From an uncultured delta proteobacterium (GTDB taxonomy: Bacteria > Myxococcota_A > Polyangia > Fen-1088): a stretch of 64,000 nucleotides of DNA. This document shows, piece after piece, positions 42,338-53,890 of the stretch. The notes under the pieces are model-generated. The model ran no database searches. It was not told where the DNA came from and was given only the letters and a program-made list of their open reading frames with translations. Within the stretch, counting starts at the first letter, position 1; each line of letters starts with the position of its first letter. The position numbers and the translations under genes were made by a program. Where the stretch lies: assembly GCA_963767925.1 (NCBI GenBank), contig CAVYGB010000008.1, positions 1,344,001-1,408,000 of the forward strand, read 5' to 3'.

Positions 42338-42850
42338 ATGCCGGGGAGGGCACCCCAGGACCTCGGCGACGCGCGCGACCGGTTCCTCGACCGGGGGGCC
42401 CTGGTGCTCGCCACCTGGTTCGGCTGCGGGTTGTCGCCGGTGGCGCCGGGCACGGCGGGGACGCTGGGCGCCCTGCCGCTTTATCTCCTGGTTGCGCCGG
42501 CAGGCCCCTGGGCGGTCGCCCTGGCCGCGCTGGTGATCTCCGCCATCGGCATCGCCGCCTCGGGACGGGTGGCGCGCCGCCGGGGGGTGGAAGATCCCCA
42601 GCTCGTCTGCATCGACGAGGTGGCGGGGGTGCTCGTCGCGCTCACGGCCGCCCGGTTCGAGGTGCTCGACGTCGCGGCGGCGGTGGTCCTGTTCCGGGTC
42701 TTCGACATCTGGAAGCCCTGGCCGGTCCGGCTGCTCGAGCGGCGGCTGCCGGGAGGGTGGGGCATCGTCGGCGACGATCTGGCGGCCGGGCTCTGGGCCG
42801 CCCTGCTCGTGGCGGCCGGCCGGCTGCTCGCCGCCCGGGCCTTCGGCTAG
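42338..42850 (+). CDS. pgpA: Phosphatidylglycerophosphatase A
   Basis: FGCGLSPVAPGTAGT, DP..CIDEVAG, FRVFDIWKPWP, GWGIVGDDLAAG. Confidence 0.93.
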   Translation: MPGRAPQDLGDARDRFLDRGALVLATWFGCGLSPVAPGTAGTLGALPLYLLVAPAGPWAVALAALVISAIGIAASGRVARRRGVEDPQLVCIDEVAGVLVALTAARFEVLDVAAAVVLFRVFDIWKPWPVRLLERRLPGGWGIVGDDLAAGLWAALLVAAGRLLAARAFG

Positions 42851-42854
42851 CGGG

Positions 42855-43709
42855 TCAGGGCTTCAGAGCGGCCTTGGCGGCGTCCCAGAGCTGGTTCTGC
42901 TGATCTGAGTCGAGATCGGAGAAGACCCGACCCTGGCCCTCGGCCTGTTGCTCCATGTGCTCGAACCGTCGGCTGAATCGCCGGGTGGCCTCGGACAGGG
43001 CGCTCTCGGCGTCGACGCCCAGCTTGCGCGAAAAATTGACGAGGGCGAACAGCGTGTCGCCGAGCTCGCGCGCGACCTCCGCCCGGTCGCCGCCAGCCTG
43101 GGCCCGATCCAGCTCGGCCAGCTCCTCGTCGACCTTGCGACGCACGCCCGCTGCGTCCGGCCAGTCGAAGCCGACCGCCGCCGCCTTCTCCCCGGCGCGA
43201 GAGGCCCGGATCAGCGCCGGAGCGCTCCGGGGGATGCCATCGAGCGCCCCCTTGCGCCCGCGGCTGGCCTTCTCCTCGGCCTTGAGCTTGGCCCAGCTCG
43301 CCAGGGCCTGCTCGCTGTTCTCCGCCTTCACCTCGCCGAAGACGTGGGGGTGCCGGCGCACCAGCTTGGTCACGATCCCGAGCGCGACGTCGTCAATGCC
43401 GAAGCGGCCCTCCTGATGGCGGAGCTCGGCCTGGAAGACCACCTGCAACAGCAGGTCCCCCAGCTCCTCCTGGTGGTCCTCGACGCTGCCGTCGGCGACG
43501 GCGTCGATCACCTCGTAGGTCTCCTCGATGAGGTAGGGGATCAGGGTCTCCAGGGTCTGCTCGCGATCCCACGGGCAACCGTTCGCGGCCAGTAGCCGCT
43601 GCATCAGCGCGACGAGCTTGCCTACCTCCGCCCCGGTCTGCTTTCCGGGCAGCGGTCGCAGGTCGGGCAGCGGGGGGACGTTGGGATCGGCCATCTCGCC
43701 GGCGAGCAT
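42855..43709 (-). CDS. mazG: Nucleoside triphosphate pyrophosphohydrolase MazG
   Basis: GCPWDREQT, EETYEV, EELGDLL, KLVRRHPHVF, GFDW, ELGD.LF. Confidence 0.95.
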   Translation of the reverse strand: MLAGEMADPNVPPLPDLRPLPGKQTGAEVGKLVALMQRLLAANGCPWDREQTLETLIPYLIEETYEVIDAVADGSVEDHQEELGDLLLQVVFQAELRHQEGRFGIDDVALGIVTKLVRRHPHVFGEVKAENSEQALASWAKLKAEEKASRGRKGALDGIPRSAPALIRASRAGEKAAAVGFDWPDAAGVRRKVDEELAELDRAQAGGDRAEVARELGDTLFALVNFSRKLGVDAESALSEATRRFSRRFEHMEQQAEGQGRVFSDLDSDQQNQLWDAAKAALKP

Positions 43710-43842
43710 ATCACCGCCGTCGCGACGCGCCCGCCCCGAGGAATACGCTGCCGCCCGCGTTGAAGCGGGCAGGGGCCCATGCTATTTCACTCTGACGTTG
43801 GACACCCGGTTGCCCGAGAAACCAGCCGACTCTCCCGAAGCG

Positions 43843-44837
<995 letters not shown>

Positions 44838-44847
44838 TGTCCGTTCC

Positions 44848-45303
44848 GTGGCGGTGACGACGCTCGTGCGCGGCCGCGCCGCGCAGCTCCTGGAAGCAGG
44901 GGATGCCGCGGCGGTGGCCCGCCGGATCCGGGTGGCCCTGCGCCTGCTGCAGCGGACCCGCTCTACCGCTTCCCTGGTCTTCACCGACGACGAGGAGATC
45001 CGCCGCCTCAACCGGGACTACCGGCGACACGATCGGGCCACCGACGTGCTGAGCTTTCACCTGCAGCCGCTCGCCGGCGAGGCCGACCCGGCCGGGCAGG
45101 GGATCGAGCTGGGGGACATCGTCATCTCGGTGGAGACGGCCCAGCGACGGGCCCCCCGCCGCCGGCTGCGGGCCGAGCTCGAGCGCCTGGCGGTCCACGG
45201 GCTCTGCCACCTGTTCGGCCACGACCACAAGCGGGCCGGGCAAGCCCGGGTCATGTTCGCGCTCGAGCGGCGTTTGCTGCGCCAGCCGGTCGCCCCGGCG
45301 TAA
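44848..45303 (+). CDS. ybeY: rRNA maturation endoribonuclease YbeY
   Basis: LNRDYR..D.ATDVLSF, LGDIVIS, HGLCHLFGHDH. Confidence 0.92.
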   Translation: MAVTTLVRGRAAQLLEAGDAAAVARRIRVALRLLQRTRSTASLVFTDDEEIRRLNRDYRRHDRATDVLSFHLQPLAGEADPAGQGIELGDIVISVETAQRRAPRRRLRAELERLAVHGLCHLFGHDHKRAGQARVMFALERRLLRQPVAPA

Positions 45304-45313
45304 GCTCACCCCC

Positions 45314-46087
45314 ATGCGCGCTGCCCTGGTGGCGATGTTCCTCCTGCTGGGCGGGTCGCCGGCCCTGGCCGCCGATCGCTGGATCCAGCTCTTCAACGGG
45401 CGAGACCTCACCGGCTGGAGGCCCAAGATCCGGGGGCACGCCCTGGGCGACAACCACGCCGACACCTTCCGGGTCTCGGACGGGGTGCTGCGGGTGTCGT
45501 ACGACAGGTACAAGGCCTTCGAGGGTCGATTCGGTCACCTGGCCTACCAGCGGCCGTTCTCCAGCTACCGCCTGCGCGTCGAATACCGGTTCGTGGGCGA
45601 GCAATGTCCGGGCGGTCCAGGGTGGGCCTTCCGCAACAGCGGAGTGATGATCCACGGTCAGCCGCCCGAGAGCATGGCCCTGGATCAGGAGTTCCCGGTC
45701 TCGATCGAGGTACAGTTCCTGGGCGGCCGGAACACCGAGAAGCGACCGACCGCCAACATGTGCTCCCCTGGCACCCACGTCGTGTACGAGGGCAAGCTGG
45801 CCACCCAGCACTGCATCCAGTCGCGCTCCCCCACCATCGCCGGCGATCGCTGGGTCACGGTGGAGGTCCGCGTCCAGGGCAACCGCCTGATCGAGCACCT
45901 CGTCGATGGCCAGCCCGTGCTCCGCTACTCCGAGCCCCAGCTCGACGAGCGCGACCCCCAGGCCGCCCGACTGCTCGAGAGCGGAACCAAGAAGCCGCTC
46001 GCCGGTGGGTTCATCTACCTGCAGGCGGAGAGCCACCCCGTCGAGTTCCGGAAGGTCGAGCTGCTGCCCGAAGGCGACGGCGGCTGA
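45314..46087 (+). CDS. DUF1080 (3-keto-disaccharide hydrolase-like) exported protein
   Basis: Signal peptide; WIQLFNGRDLTGW, NSGV, IEVQ, GFIYLQAESHPVEFRKV. Confidence 0.88.
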   Translation: MRAALVAMFLLLGGSPALAADRWIQLFNGRDLTGWRPKIRGHALGDNHADTFRVSDGVLRVSYDRYKAFEGRFGHLAYQRPFSSYRLRVEYRFVGEQCPGGPGWAFRNSGVMIHGQPPESMALDQEFPVSIEVQFLGGRNTEKRPTANMCSPGTHVVYEGKLATQHCIQSRSPTIAGDRWVTVEVRVQGNRLIEHLVDGQPVLRYSEPQLDERDPQAARLLESGTKKPLAGGFIYLQAESHPVEFRKVELLPEGDGG

Positions 46088-46098
46088 TCCCGCCGCCG

Positions 46099-47277
46099 TC
46101 AGGGGCTGGCGTCGAGGCGCGGCTCGGGCGGGCCCGGACCGGCGCCGGCCAGCAGGCGGTCTCCGATCGCGCGCAGGGCGGACAGGCTCGAGGCCTCGTG
46201 GGCCAGCAGGGGAACCTGCAGGATCGGGATCCGGGGGGCCCGCTCGGCCAGCCGGTCGAGCTCGCGGCGCTGGGAACGGGCGCTGCGGGCCAGGTAGTCG
46301 GCCGCGTTGCCGAGCAGCGCGCTGGCGGTCTGCCGCTGGCTGGCCGGCCACCCCTGGAGCTGCGGCTGCGCCTCGAGCTGGGTCCGCACCTCTTCCAGCT
46401 CGGACAACCCGGGGGCGGGCAAGAGCCGGTTGGCCACGAAGGCATCCAGGGTCAGGCCGGCCTGGGTCAGGCGCTCGAAGAAGTAGAGGGCCTCGTTGAC
46501 CGCCGGCAGCTCGGGGGCGAGCACCAGCAGAAAGCCCGCCTCCGGCCGCCGCAGCAGCGTCTCGACGGCCCGCGCCCGCTCGAGGAAGCCACCCAGCACG
46601 CCCTGGAAGTCGGAGAGGAACGCCCCCAGGTCGTCGAGGAAGCGGCTGCCCACGAAGCGGCCGATGCGGGACAGGGCCAGGGCCCCACCCGAGCGGAGAC
46701 GCCGCAGGGAGAAGCGACCCTGGGTCTCGCCGGATCGGGCGAACCAGCTCACCGCCGGGCTCGACACCGCCTCGGCGATGCGGCGGGGGGCATCGAGGAA
46801 GTCGAGGGCATTGGCGGTGGGGGGGGTGTCGAGCACGATGAGGTCGTAGGCCCCGCTCTGGTAAAAATCGAACAGGGCCAGCGTGGCCGCGTACTCCTGC
46901 GAGCCAGTTAGGCTGGTGGTGACCTGCCGGTAGATGGCGTTGTCGAAGATGCGCCGGCGCATCTCCGGCTCGGGGACCTGCGACTCGACGAGCCGGCGGA
47001 AGGCGAGGGCGGTGTCGATGCGGGCCGCCGAGAGCAGGCCCTCCTCGACCCCCAGGGCCCGGCTGGCCTCGGCGGGCAGGCGGGTAGGGGCGTCGCCCAG
47101 CGCCGGCAGGCCCAGGGCGTCGGCCAGGCGGGGTGCCGGATCGATGGTGGCGACGAGCGTACGCCGACCCGCCCGGGCAGAGACCGCGCCGATGGCCGCC
47201 GCCACCGTGGTCTTGCCGACGCCACCAGGCCCGGCCGAGACCACGATGCGCCTCTTTCCGAGGACGTCGCTCAGCAC
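46099..47277 (-). CDS. ArsA/GET3 family ATPase
   Basis: GPGGVGKTT, TIDPAPRLADALG, GSQEY, LDTPPT..ALDFLDAP. Start position uncertain. Confidence 0.88.
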   Translation of the reverse strand: MLSDVLGKRRIVVSAGPGGVGKTTVAAAIGAVSARAGRRTLVATIDPAPRLADALGLPALGDAPTRLPAEASRALGVEEGLLSAARIDTALAFRRLVESQVPEPEMRRRIFDNAIYRQVTTSLTGSQEYAATLALFDFYQSGAYDLIVLDTPPTANALDFLDAPRRIAEAVSSPAVSWFARSGETQGRFSLRRLRSGGALALSRIGRFVGSRFLDDLGAFLSDFQGVLGGFLERARAVETLLRRPEAGFLLVLAPELPAVNEALYFFERLTQAGLTLDAFVANRLLPAPGLSELEEVRTQLEAQPQLQGWPASQRQTASALLGNAADYLARSARSQRRELDRLAERAPRIPILQVPLLAHEASSLSALRAIGDRLLAGAGPGPPEPRLDASP

Positions 47278-47326
47278 CCTCGTGCTCGCGCGCGCCCGAC
47301 CGGACGGGTGGGAGGTCGCCGCCGCC

Positions 47327-48121
47327 TCATGAGATCCGGACCAGGGCGGCGGTGATGTTGTCGGGCCCTCCGGCGGCGTTGGCCGCCTGGATGAGCCGCT
47401 GGGCCCCCGCCTCCAGGTCGGACATCTCCGAGAGCATCCTGGCCAAGATGGGATCGGGGACCGATCCCCACAAGCCATCGGAGCAGACCAGGTAGACGTC
47501 GCCGCGATCGAGCTCGAAGGTGCTCACGGTCGGGTCGACCTCGGGCTTGCTTCCCAGGGCCCGCGTGACGACGTGGCGATGCCCGATTGCCGCCAGCTCC
47601 TGCTCGGTGATGCCGGGCCGGGCCGCGCGCACCTCCTCGAGCACCGAGTGGTCGCGGGTCAAGGGCGTCAGCAGCCCGTCCCGGTGGCGATAGACCCGGA
47701 CGTCCCCCAGGTGCCCGACCACGACCTGGGTCTCTCCCACCGCCAGGGCGGCCACGGTGGCGCCCATGCGGTACAGCTCCGGGCGGGAGACGCCCGTGCC
47801 CCGGATCCGCAGGTTGGCGACCTGCATGCCGACCCGCAGGAGGTTCGATCCCAGCGACAGGCCCTTGTCGATGGGGAAGGGCCAGGGGCTGCGGGGCGCG
47901 GCGTGTTGCTCCCGGAAGAAACGCTCGACCTCCTCGACGGCGATGCGGGCGGCCATGGCGCCGCCCGCCCGGCCGCCCACGCCGTCGGCCACCACGAGGA
48001 GCCGCTGGAACAGGCCGATCGCGTCCTCGTTCTCCGCGCGTTCGCGGCCGGGATGAGAGGCGCCGGCCACGGTCAGGGCCAGCGGCGGGACCGCCTGGGT
48101 CAAGGGGGGCGCACTCGACAT
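47327..48121 (-). CDS. PP2C-family Ser/Thr protein phosphatase
   Basis: GRER..NED, VVADGVGG, MGAT, HLGDVR.Y, LTRDHS, CSDGL, GGPDNIT. Confidence 0.92.
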   Translation of the reverse strand: MSSAPPLTQAVPPLALTVAGASHPGRERAENEDAIGLFQRLLVVADGVGGRAGGAMAARIAVEEVERFFREQHAAPRSPWPFPIDKGLSLGSNLLRVGMQVANLRIRGTGVSRPELYRMGATVAALAVGETQVVVGHLGDVRVYRHRDGLLTPLTRDHSVLEEVRAARPGITEQELAAIGHRHVVTRALGSKPEVDPTVSTFELDRGDVYLVCSDGLWGSVPDPILARMLSEMSDLEAGAQRLIQAANAAGGPDNITAALVRIS

Positions 48122-48138
48122 GAGCTCGACCAATGAGG

Positions 48139-49633
48139 TTACGCCTTTCCGACCGCGTCGTGCCAGCGCGCGCGGAGATCCCGCAGCCGCTCGGGGTGGG
48201 TGTGGTCGGCCGTGGGGAGGAAGCGGGTGACCGAGGAGGTGGCGCCGTCGCCGGCTCCGGCGCGGTCGCCGTCGGGGGAAAAGAACGAGATCGCCCGACC
48301 GGCCAGGCGCGCAGCGCCAAGCGCGGTCACCTCCACCGCCGGTGGGCGCACCACCTCGGTGTCGAGCAGGTCGGCCTGGATCTGCATGAGCAGGTCGTTG
48401 GCGGTGGCGCCGCCGTCGACCCGGAGCGAGCGGAGGGTCCGTCCCGAATCGGCCTGCATCGCCGTCACCAGCTCGACGATCTGCAGCGCGATCGCCTCGA
48501 GGGCGGCGCGGGCCAGGTGGGCGCGGGTGGTTCCCCGGGTGATGCCGGCGATGAGACCCCTGGCCTCGGGACGCCAGTGGGGCGCGCCCAGGCCGGCCAG
48601 CGCCGGGATCGACCACCACGCCCCCGCTGTCGGGCACCGAGGCCGCCAGGGGCTCGATGTCGGCCGAACGCTCGATGATGCCCAGGCCGTCGCGCAGCCA
48701 CTGGACGAGGGCCCCGGCGACGAAGGCGCTGCCCTCGAGGGCGAAGGTGGTGACGCCGTCGAGCTGCCAGGCCACGCTGGTGAGCAGCCGGTGCTGCGAC
48801 TGGATCACCTTGTCGCCGATGTTCATCAGGAGAAAAGCGCCCGTGCCGTAGGTGCACTTGGCGTCGCCAGGAGAAAAACAGGCCTGCCCGTAGAGGGCGG
48901 CCTGCTGGTCGCCGGCCATCCCGCACAGGGGCGTGCCATCGGCCAGCCCGGGCACCCCCCGGCAGGACGCCAGTTGCCCCGAGCAAGGCACCAGCCGGGG
49001 CAACACCGCCCGGGGCACCCCGAAAAGGGCCAGCAGCTCGTCGCTCCAGTCCAGGCGGTGGAGATCGAAGAGCAGGGTGCGGGAAGCGTTGCTGACGTCG
49101 GTGATGTGGGCCTGGCCCCCCGAGAGGCGGAAGGCGAGGTAGGCGTCGACCGTGCCGAAGGCGATCTCGCCCCGCTCGGCCCGGGCCCGCAGGCCCGGCT
49201 GGTTATCGAGCAGCCAGGCGATCTTGGTAGCCGAGAAGTAGGGATCGAGGAGCAGCCCGGTCCGGGCGGCGACCGCCGGCTCGTGCCCGGCCCGCCGGAG
49301 CGCGGCGCAAGCCTCCTGGGTGCGGCGATCTTGCCAGACGATGGCCGGTCCCACCGGGCGGCCGCTCTGCCGGTCCCACAACACGGTTGTCTCGCGCTGG
49401 TTGGTCAGGCCGACCGCCACCACCTCGGGCTCGCCGGCCGCCGCCCGGGCGAGGGCCAGCGCCTCGTGGCTCGACCGCACCCAGTCCTCGGAGTCGTGCT
49501 CCACCCGGCCGGGAGCCGGGAAGTGCTGGGGGATCTCCCGGTAGCCCCGGCCCACGATGGCCCCGCTCGGATCGAGCAGCAGCACCGTGGTGCCGGTGGT
49601 GCCCTGGTCGATGGCGGCCAGCACCTTCTTCAC
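48139..49633 (-). CDS. glpK: Glycerol kinase (frameshift near 48610)
   Basis: [68 protein letters not shown]. Confidence 0.95.
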
Positions 49634-50490
49634 GCGGAGGCTCCCCCGGAGGAGGCGGCCGGCAGGGGCGCCCCCGCCGAACCCCCGTATTTGTTGAAGA
49701 AGCGCACGACCGCGTCGATCACCGTCCGCCGCTCGACATCGATGCCGATGAGGTGGCCGGATCGCTCGAGCCAGACCCGCTCGATCTCGGTGGCCCCGAT
49801 GGTGCCCGCCAGCTCGAGCGAATCCTCGAGGGGGACCGTCCGGTCGCGCCCGCCGTGCATCACGAGGGTCGGCGCCATCACCTCGGGCAGGTCGCGGCGG
49901 ACCAGCTCGCCGAGCTCGATCAAGCTGTGCACCCCCTCGAGCGGCAGGGCCACGTGGCTGGGGTTGCGCAGGGCCATCTCCGGGTCGAGCACGTCGAAGC
50001 CCCGCGACTTGGGCAGCAGGCCCAGGGGGCCGTTCCGCAGCGCCCGCGGCAGGCGGGCCCAGGCCCGCACCGCCGCCACCTCCAGGGGGCGAAGACGCAG
50101 CGGGGCCGACATCACGGCGATGGCCGAGACGATGCGGGGATGACGGCGGGCCAGCGAGACCGCCAGCAGCCCCCCCAGGGAGAAGCCCGCCACCGCGACC
50201 GGCGCGCCTCCGACCTCGGCCGCCAGCTCGAGCAGCGCGCGCTCGGCCGAGGCCAGCCAGTCCCCGTGCCGGGTGCTGCGCAGGTCCTGGAGCGAGCCGC
50301 AATGCCCGGCCAGCACCGGCGCCTGCACCGTGTACCCCTGGGCGGCCAGGCCCTCGGCGATCGGTCGCACCTCGAAGGGCGTTCCGCTATAGCCGTGTAG
50401 GCAGAGGGCCGCGCGACGATCGCGACCCCTGGCGAAGAAAGGCGATTTGTCCCCGTCACCGGAACGTAGAAAGTGGGAGAGCCAGCCCAT
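49630..50490 (-). CDS. Carboxylesterase / monoacylglycerol lipase-like alpha/beta hydrolase
   Basis: CLHGYSGTP, LAGH, GFSLGG, D.TVP, SGHLI; GTGA overlap with glpK. Confidence 0.85.
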   Translation of the reverse strand: MGWLSHFLRSGDGDKSPFFARGRDRRAALCLHGYSGTPFEVRPIAEGLAAQGYTVQAPVLAGHCGSLQDLRSTRHGDWLASAERALLELAAEVGGAPVAVAGFSLGGLLAVSLARRHPRIVSAIAVMSAPLRLRPLEVAAVRAWARLPRALRNGPLGLLPKSRGFDVLDPEMALRNPSHVALPLEGVHSLIELGELVRRDLPEVMAPTLVMHGGRDRTVPLEDSLELAGTIGATEIERVWLERSGHLIGIDVERRTVIDAVVRFFNKYGGSAGAPLPAASSGGASA

Positions 50491-50600
50491 GAGGAGCGTC
50501 TGTCGAAACCAGGCCTACCTGCCGTGACCAGGGTCGACCACCGCCGGAGATTACCGGAGAGCCGATTGCCTGATACCATTTTAGTAGCAAGGTCACGGTC

Positions 50601-52052
50601 ATGCGTCGCGTTCTGGTGGTCGACGACGAGGAAAACCTCCGTCACATGCTGCAGATTCTCCTGCGGCGGGAGGGCTATGAGGCCGTGGGGGCGGCCTCGG
50701 TGGAGGTCGCCCTGGGCGAGCTGCAGACGAGGCCCTTCGACGTCGTCCTCGTCGACCTGCGGATGCCCGGCCGCTCCGGGCTGGAGCTGGTCGATGAGGT
50801 GAGAAAGCGCCGCCTCGACACCACCGTCGTCGTCATGACCGCCTACGGGAGTCGGGAGGTGGCCATCGAGGCCATGAAGCGGGGGGCCTACGACTACCTG
50901 TCCAAGCCGTTCGAATCGGACGAGCTGGTGCTGCTCCTGCGCAAGGCCGAGGAGCGCGAACGGCTGTTCCGGGAGAACCAGAGCCTTCGGCGGGAGCTGC
51001 GCGCCGGCGGGCGCGAGCCGGAGAACGGCCTCGCCGACATCATCGCCAAGAGCGCCAGCATGGTGGACCTGTTCCGCACCCTGCGGAAGATCGCCGAGTT
51101 CAAGACCACCGTCCTCGTGGGAGGGGAGTCCGGCACCGGCAAGGAGCTGGTGGCCCGGGCCCTGCACCGGCTATCGCCCCGCAAGGACGGACCTTTCATC
51201 GCCGTCAACTGCGGGGCCATCCCGGGGACGCTCCTCGAATCCGAGCTGTTCGGCCATCGCAAGGGGGCCTTCACCGACGCCAACCGGGACAAGCGAGGGC
51301 TGTTCGAGGAGGCCTCGAGCGGCACTCTCTTCCTCGACGAGATCGGCGAGCTGCCCCTGGCCCTGCAGGTCAAGCTGCTGCGGGTGCTGCAGGAAGAGGA
51401 GATCCGGCGGCTCGGCGACACCCAGGACATCCAGGTCGACGTGCGGGTGGTGGCGGCGACGGCGCGGGATTTGAACGCGGAGGTGGCCCGGGGGGCCTTC
51501 CGGGAGGACCTGTTTTACCGGCTGGATGTCGTGCACCTGGCGCTGCCACCGCTGCGCGAGCGGCGCGAGGACATCCCTTTGCTGGCGAGCCACTTCATCG
51601 AACGGATGAACGCGCGCATGGGGCTGGCCATCGCCGGCGTCAGCCCCGAAGCCATGCGCCGGCTCATGGATCACGAGTGGCCAGGAAACGTGCGCGAGCT
51701 CGAGAACACCATCGAGCGGGCGATGGTCCTCACCGACACCCCCCAGATCGACGTCGACGCGTTGAGCGATCGGATCGGACACGTCCAGCGGGTGGCGCCG
51801 CCGGTGGTTTCCCCGAACGACGGCGACCTCTCCATCAAGCGCGCGTCTCGCCGCGCCGAGGAGGAGCTGATCCGCCGGGCGCTGGCCAAGACGGCCGGCA
51901 ACCGCACGAGGGCCGCGGAGTTGCTGGAGATCAGCCACCGCGCGTTGCTCTATAAAATCAAGGAATACGGCATCGGCTCCGCCCGGGGAGACGGCGATAC
52001 GCCGACCCCCGCGCCTTTGCCCTCAACTCGGAGGCCCGGAGGATCGATGTGA
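50601..52052 (+). CDS. Sigma-54-dependent response regulator (NtrC family; PilR2-like by position)
   Basis: REC domain (VVDDE, DLRMP), GESGTGKE, ESELFGH..GAFTDA, LFLDEIGE, WPGNVRELEN, Fis-type HTH. Confidence 0.93.
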   Translation: MRRVLVVDDEENLRHMLQILLRREGYEAVGAASVEVALGELQTRPFDVVLVDLRMPGRSGLELVDEVRKRRLDTTVVVMTAYGSREVAIEAMKRGAYDYLSKPFESDELVLLLRKAEERERLFRENQSLRRELRAGGREPENGLADIIAKSASMVDLFRTLRKIAEFKTTVLVGGESGTGKELVARALHRLSPRKDGPFIAVNCGAIPGTLLESELFGHRKGAFTDANRDKRGLFEEASSGTLFLDEIGELPLALQVKLLRVLQEEEIRRLGDTQDIQVDVRVVAATARDLNAEVARGAFREDLFYRLDVVHLALPPLRERREDIPLLASHFIERMNARMGLAIAGVSPEAMRRLMDHEWPGNVRELENTIERAMVLTDTPQIDVDALSDRIGHVQRVAPPVVSPNDGDLSIKRASRRAEEELIRRALAKTAGNRTRAAELLEISHRALLYKIKEYGIGSARGDGDTPTPAPLPSTRRPGGSM

Positions 52053-52217
52053 TATTGACGTGAAGCCGCTTACGCTCTTGTCGGAGCATCACGGTGTGGG
52101 CGGAGGGGCGCGCGGCGAGGCGAGGTCAGCGATCGGAAACAGGATCAGCGACCGCCGCGTCAGCGAAGCCGCTCTTCAGAGGAACCGCCGGATCCGCCGA
52201 GACCCAGGGGGGGGATC

Positions 52218-53261
52218 ATGCCTCGCCACTGTATAGGCCTCGATATCGGATCGAACTCCATCAAGGCGGTCCAGCTCCGGGAGACCGGCAAGGGGCTGCA
52301 GCTCCTGAGCTTCGGGATCGAGCCGCTGCCCGCCCAGACCATCGTCGACGGTTCGATCATGAACCAGGCGGCGGTGGTGGAGGCGATCCGGACGCTGCGG
52401 AACCTCCTGCGCTTCAAGGGGCGGGAGGTGGCCACCGCGGTCTCCGGGCACTCGGTCATCGTCAAGAAGATCAAGATGCCGGAGATGACCCGGGAGGAGC
52501 TCGAGGAGCACATCCCCTGGGAGGCCGAGCACCACATCCCCTTCCCCAAGGACGAGGTGGAGATGGACCACCAGGTGCTGGGCAAGGCCGGCGGTCAGAT
52601 GGAGGTGGTGCTGGTCGCCGCCAAGAAAGAGGTCATCGCCGACTACACGATGGCCATCCGCGAGGCCAAGCTGCAGCCGGCGGTCCTCGACGTCACCGCC
52701 TTCACCATCCAGAACGCCTTCGAGGTGAACTACAGCCTCGAGCCGAACGAGGCCGTCGCCCTGATCAACATCGGGGCGACGATGGCCACCATCAACATCC
52801 TCGGTAACGGGACCAGCGCCTTCACCCGCGATGTGGCCGGGGGTGGCAACGATTTTACCGAGGAGATCCAGAAGCGCCTGAACGTCAGCCAGGAAGAGGC
52901 CGAGGCCTGGAAGCTGGGCGGCACCGCCGAAGGGGAGGTGGTGCCCCATGAGGTGGAGGGGGTGATGGAGGAGATGGCCGACGGCATGGCCGGCAAGCTG
53001 CAGCGTTCGCTCGACTTCTTTCTCTCGTCGACCGCCGACGCCAAGCTGACCCGGGTCTACCTGTGCGGGGGGACGGCCAAGGTGCCGGCCCTGCAACGGG
53101 CGCTCGAGCAGAAGTCCCACACCACGGTGGAGATCCTCGACCCCTTCCGGCGCATCATCGTCGACGAGAAGCGGTTCGACCCGGCCTTCCTGCGCCAGCA
53201 CGCCGCCGAGGCGGCGGTGGCGGTGGGCCTGGCCCTGCGGCACCTGGGGGACAAGTCGTGA
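52218..53261 (+). CDS. pilM: Type IV pilus assembly protein PilM
   Basis: IGLDIGSNSIK, GHSVIVKKI, WEAEHHIPF, LVAAKKE, INIGA, LCGG. Confidence 0.95.
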   Translation: MPRHCIGLDIGSNSIKAVQLRETGKGLQLLSFGIEPLPAQTIVDGSIMNQAAVVEAIRTLRNLLRFKGREVATAVSGHSVIVKKIKMPEMTREELEEHIPWEAEHHIPFPKDEVEMDHQVLGKAGGQMEVVLVAAKKEVIADYTMAIREAKLQPAVLDVTAFTIQNAFEVNYSLEPNEAVALINIGATMATINILGNGTSAFTRDVAGGGNDFTEEIQKRLNVSQEEAEAWKLGGTAEGEVVPHEVEGVMEEMADGMAGKLQRSLDFFLSSTADAKLTRVYLCGGTAKVPALQRALEQKSHTTVEILDPFRRIIVDEKRFDPAFLRQHAAEAAVAVGLALRHLGDKS

Positions 53262-53890
53262 TCCGGATAAACCTCATCCGCCAAAAGCGCGGGCTGCGCG
53301 CCGAGGCGGGGCAGCGCCACCTGATGGCGATGGGGGCGGCCCTGCTGCTCGGCCTGGGCGGGGTGGTGGGCGTCCACCTCCACGAGACCGGGAAGCTGGA
53401 CGCCCTCACCGAGGAGAACACCCGCATCCAGGCCGACATCGACCGCCTGAAGGCCGAGCTCGGCGACTACGACAAGGTCAAGGGCCAGCGCGAGGAGCTG
53501 CTCAAGCAGCGCAAGAGCATCCAGTCGCTCGAGGCGGGCCGCACCGGCCCCGTCTTCCTGCTGCGCGAGCTGTCCGAGATCCTGACGCCGGGCAAAGGTC
53601 CCACCTTCGATCGGGTGGCCTACGAGGAGGCCCTGCGCCGCGACCCCAACGTCGGCTTCAATGCCGCCTGGGACACCCGCCGGGCCTGGCTCGTGAGCTA
53701 CGAGGAGCAGCAGAAGAAGGTCCGCATGCGGGGGGCGGCCAAGTCCCACGACGATGCCGCCGAGTTCATGAAGCGGCTCAATTCCTCGGTGTTCTTCAAC
53801 GGCGTCCGCCTGGAGAACACGGTTCAGTCATCGGAGTCCGGGCCGGTCCGCCACATCACCTTCAACCTGAACGCCGAGGTAACCTACTGA
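53258..53890 (+). CDS. pilN: Type IV pilus assembly protein PilN
   Basis: IRINL motif followed by a TM helix and coiled coil; GTG at 53258. Confidence 0.9.
   Translation: MIRINLIRQKRGLRAEAGQRHLMAMGAALLLGLGGVVGVHLHETGKLDALTEENTRIQADIDRLKAELGDYDKVKGQREELLKQRKSIQSLEAGRTGPVFLLRELSEILTPGKGPTFDRVAYEEALRRDPNVGFNAAWDTRRAWLVSYEEQQKKVRMRGAAKSHDDAAEFMKRLNSSVFFNGVRLENTVQSSESGPVRHITFNLNAEVTY

Noticed and set aside
47327..50302. 991-aa apparent glycerol kinase-PP2C fusion
   Set aside because: Produced by a frameshift near 48610; the real GlpK C-terminus is in another frame and stops at 48139.
52055..52076. Sigma-70 promoter TTGACG...TACGCT upstream of pilM
   Set aside because: Spacing is only 10 nt, incompatible with -35/-10 geometry.
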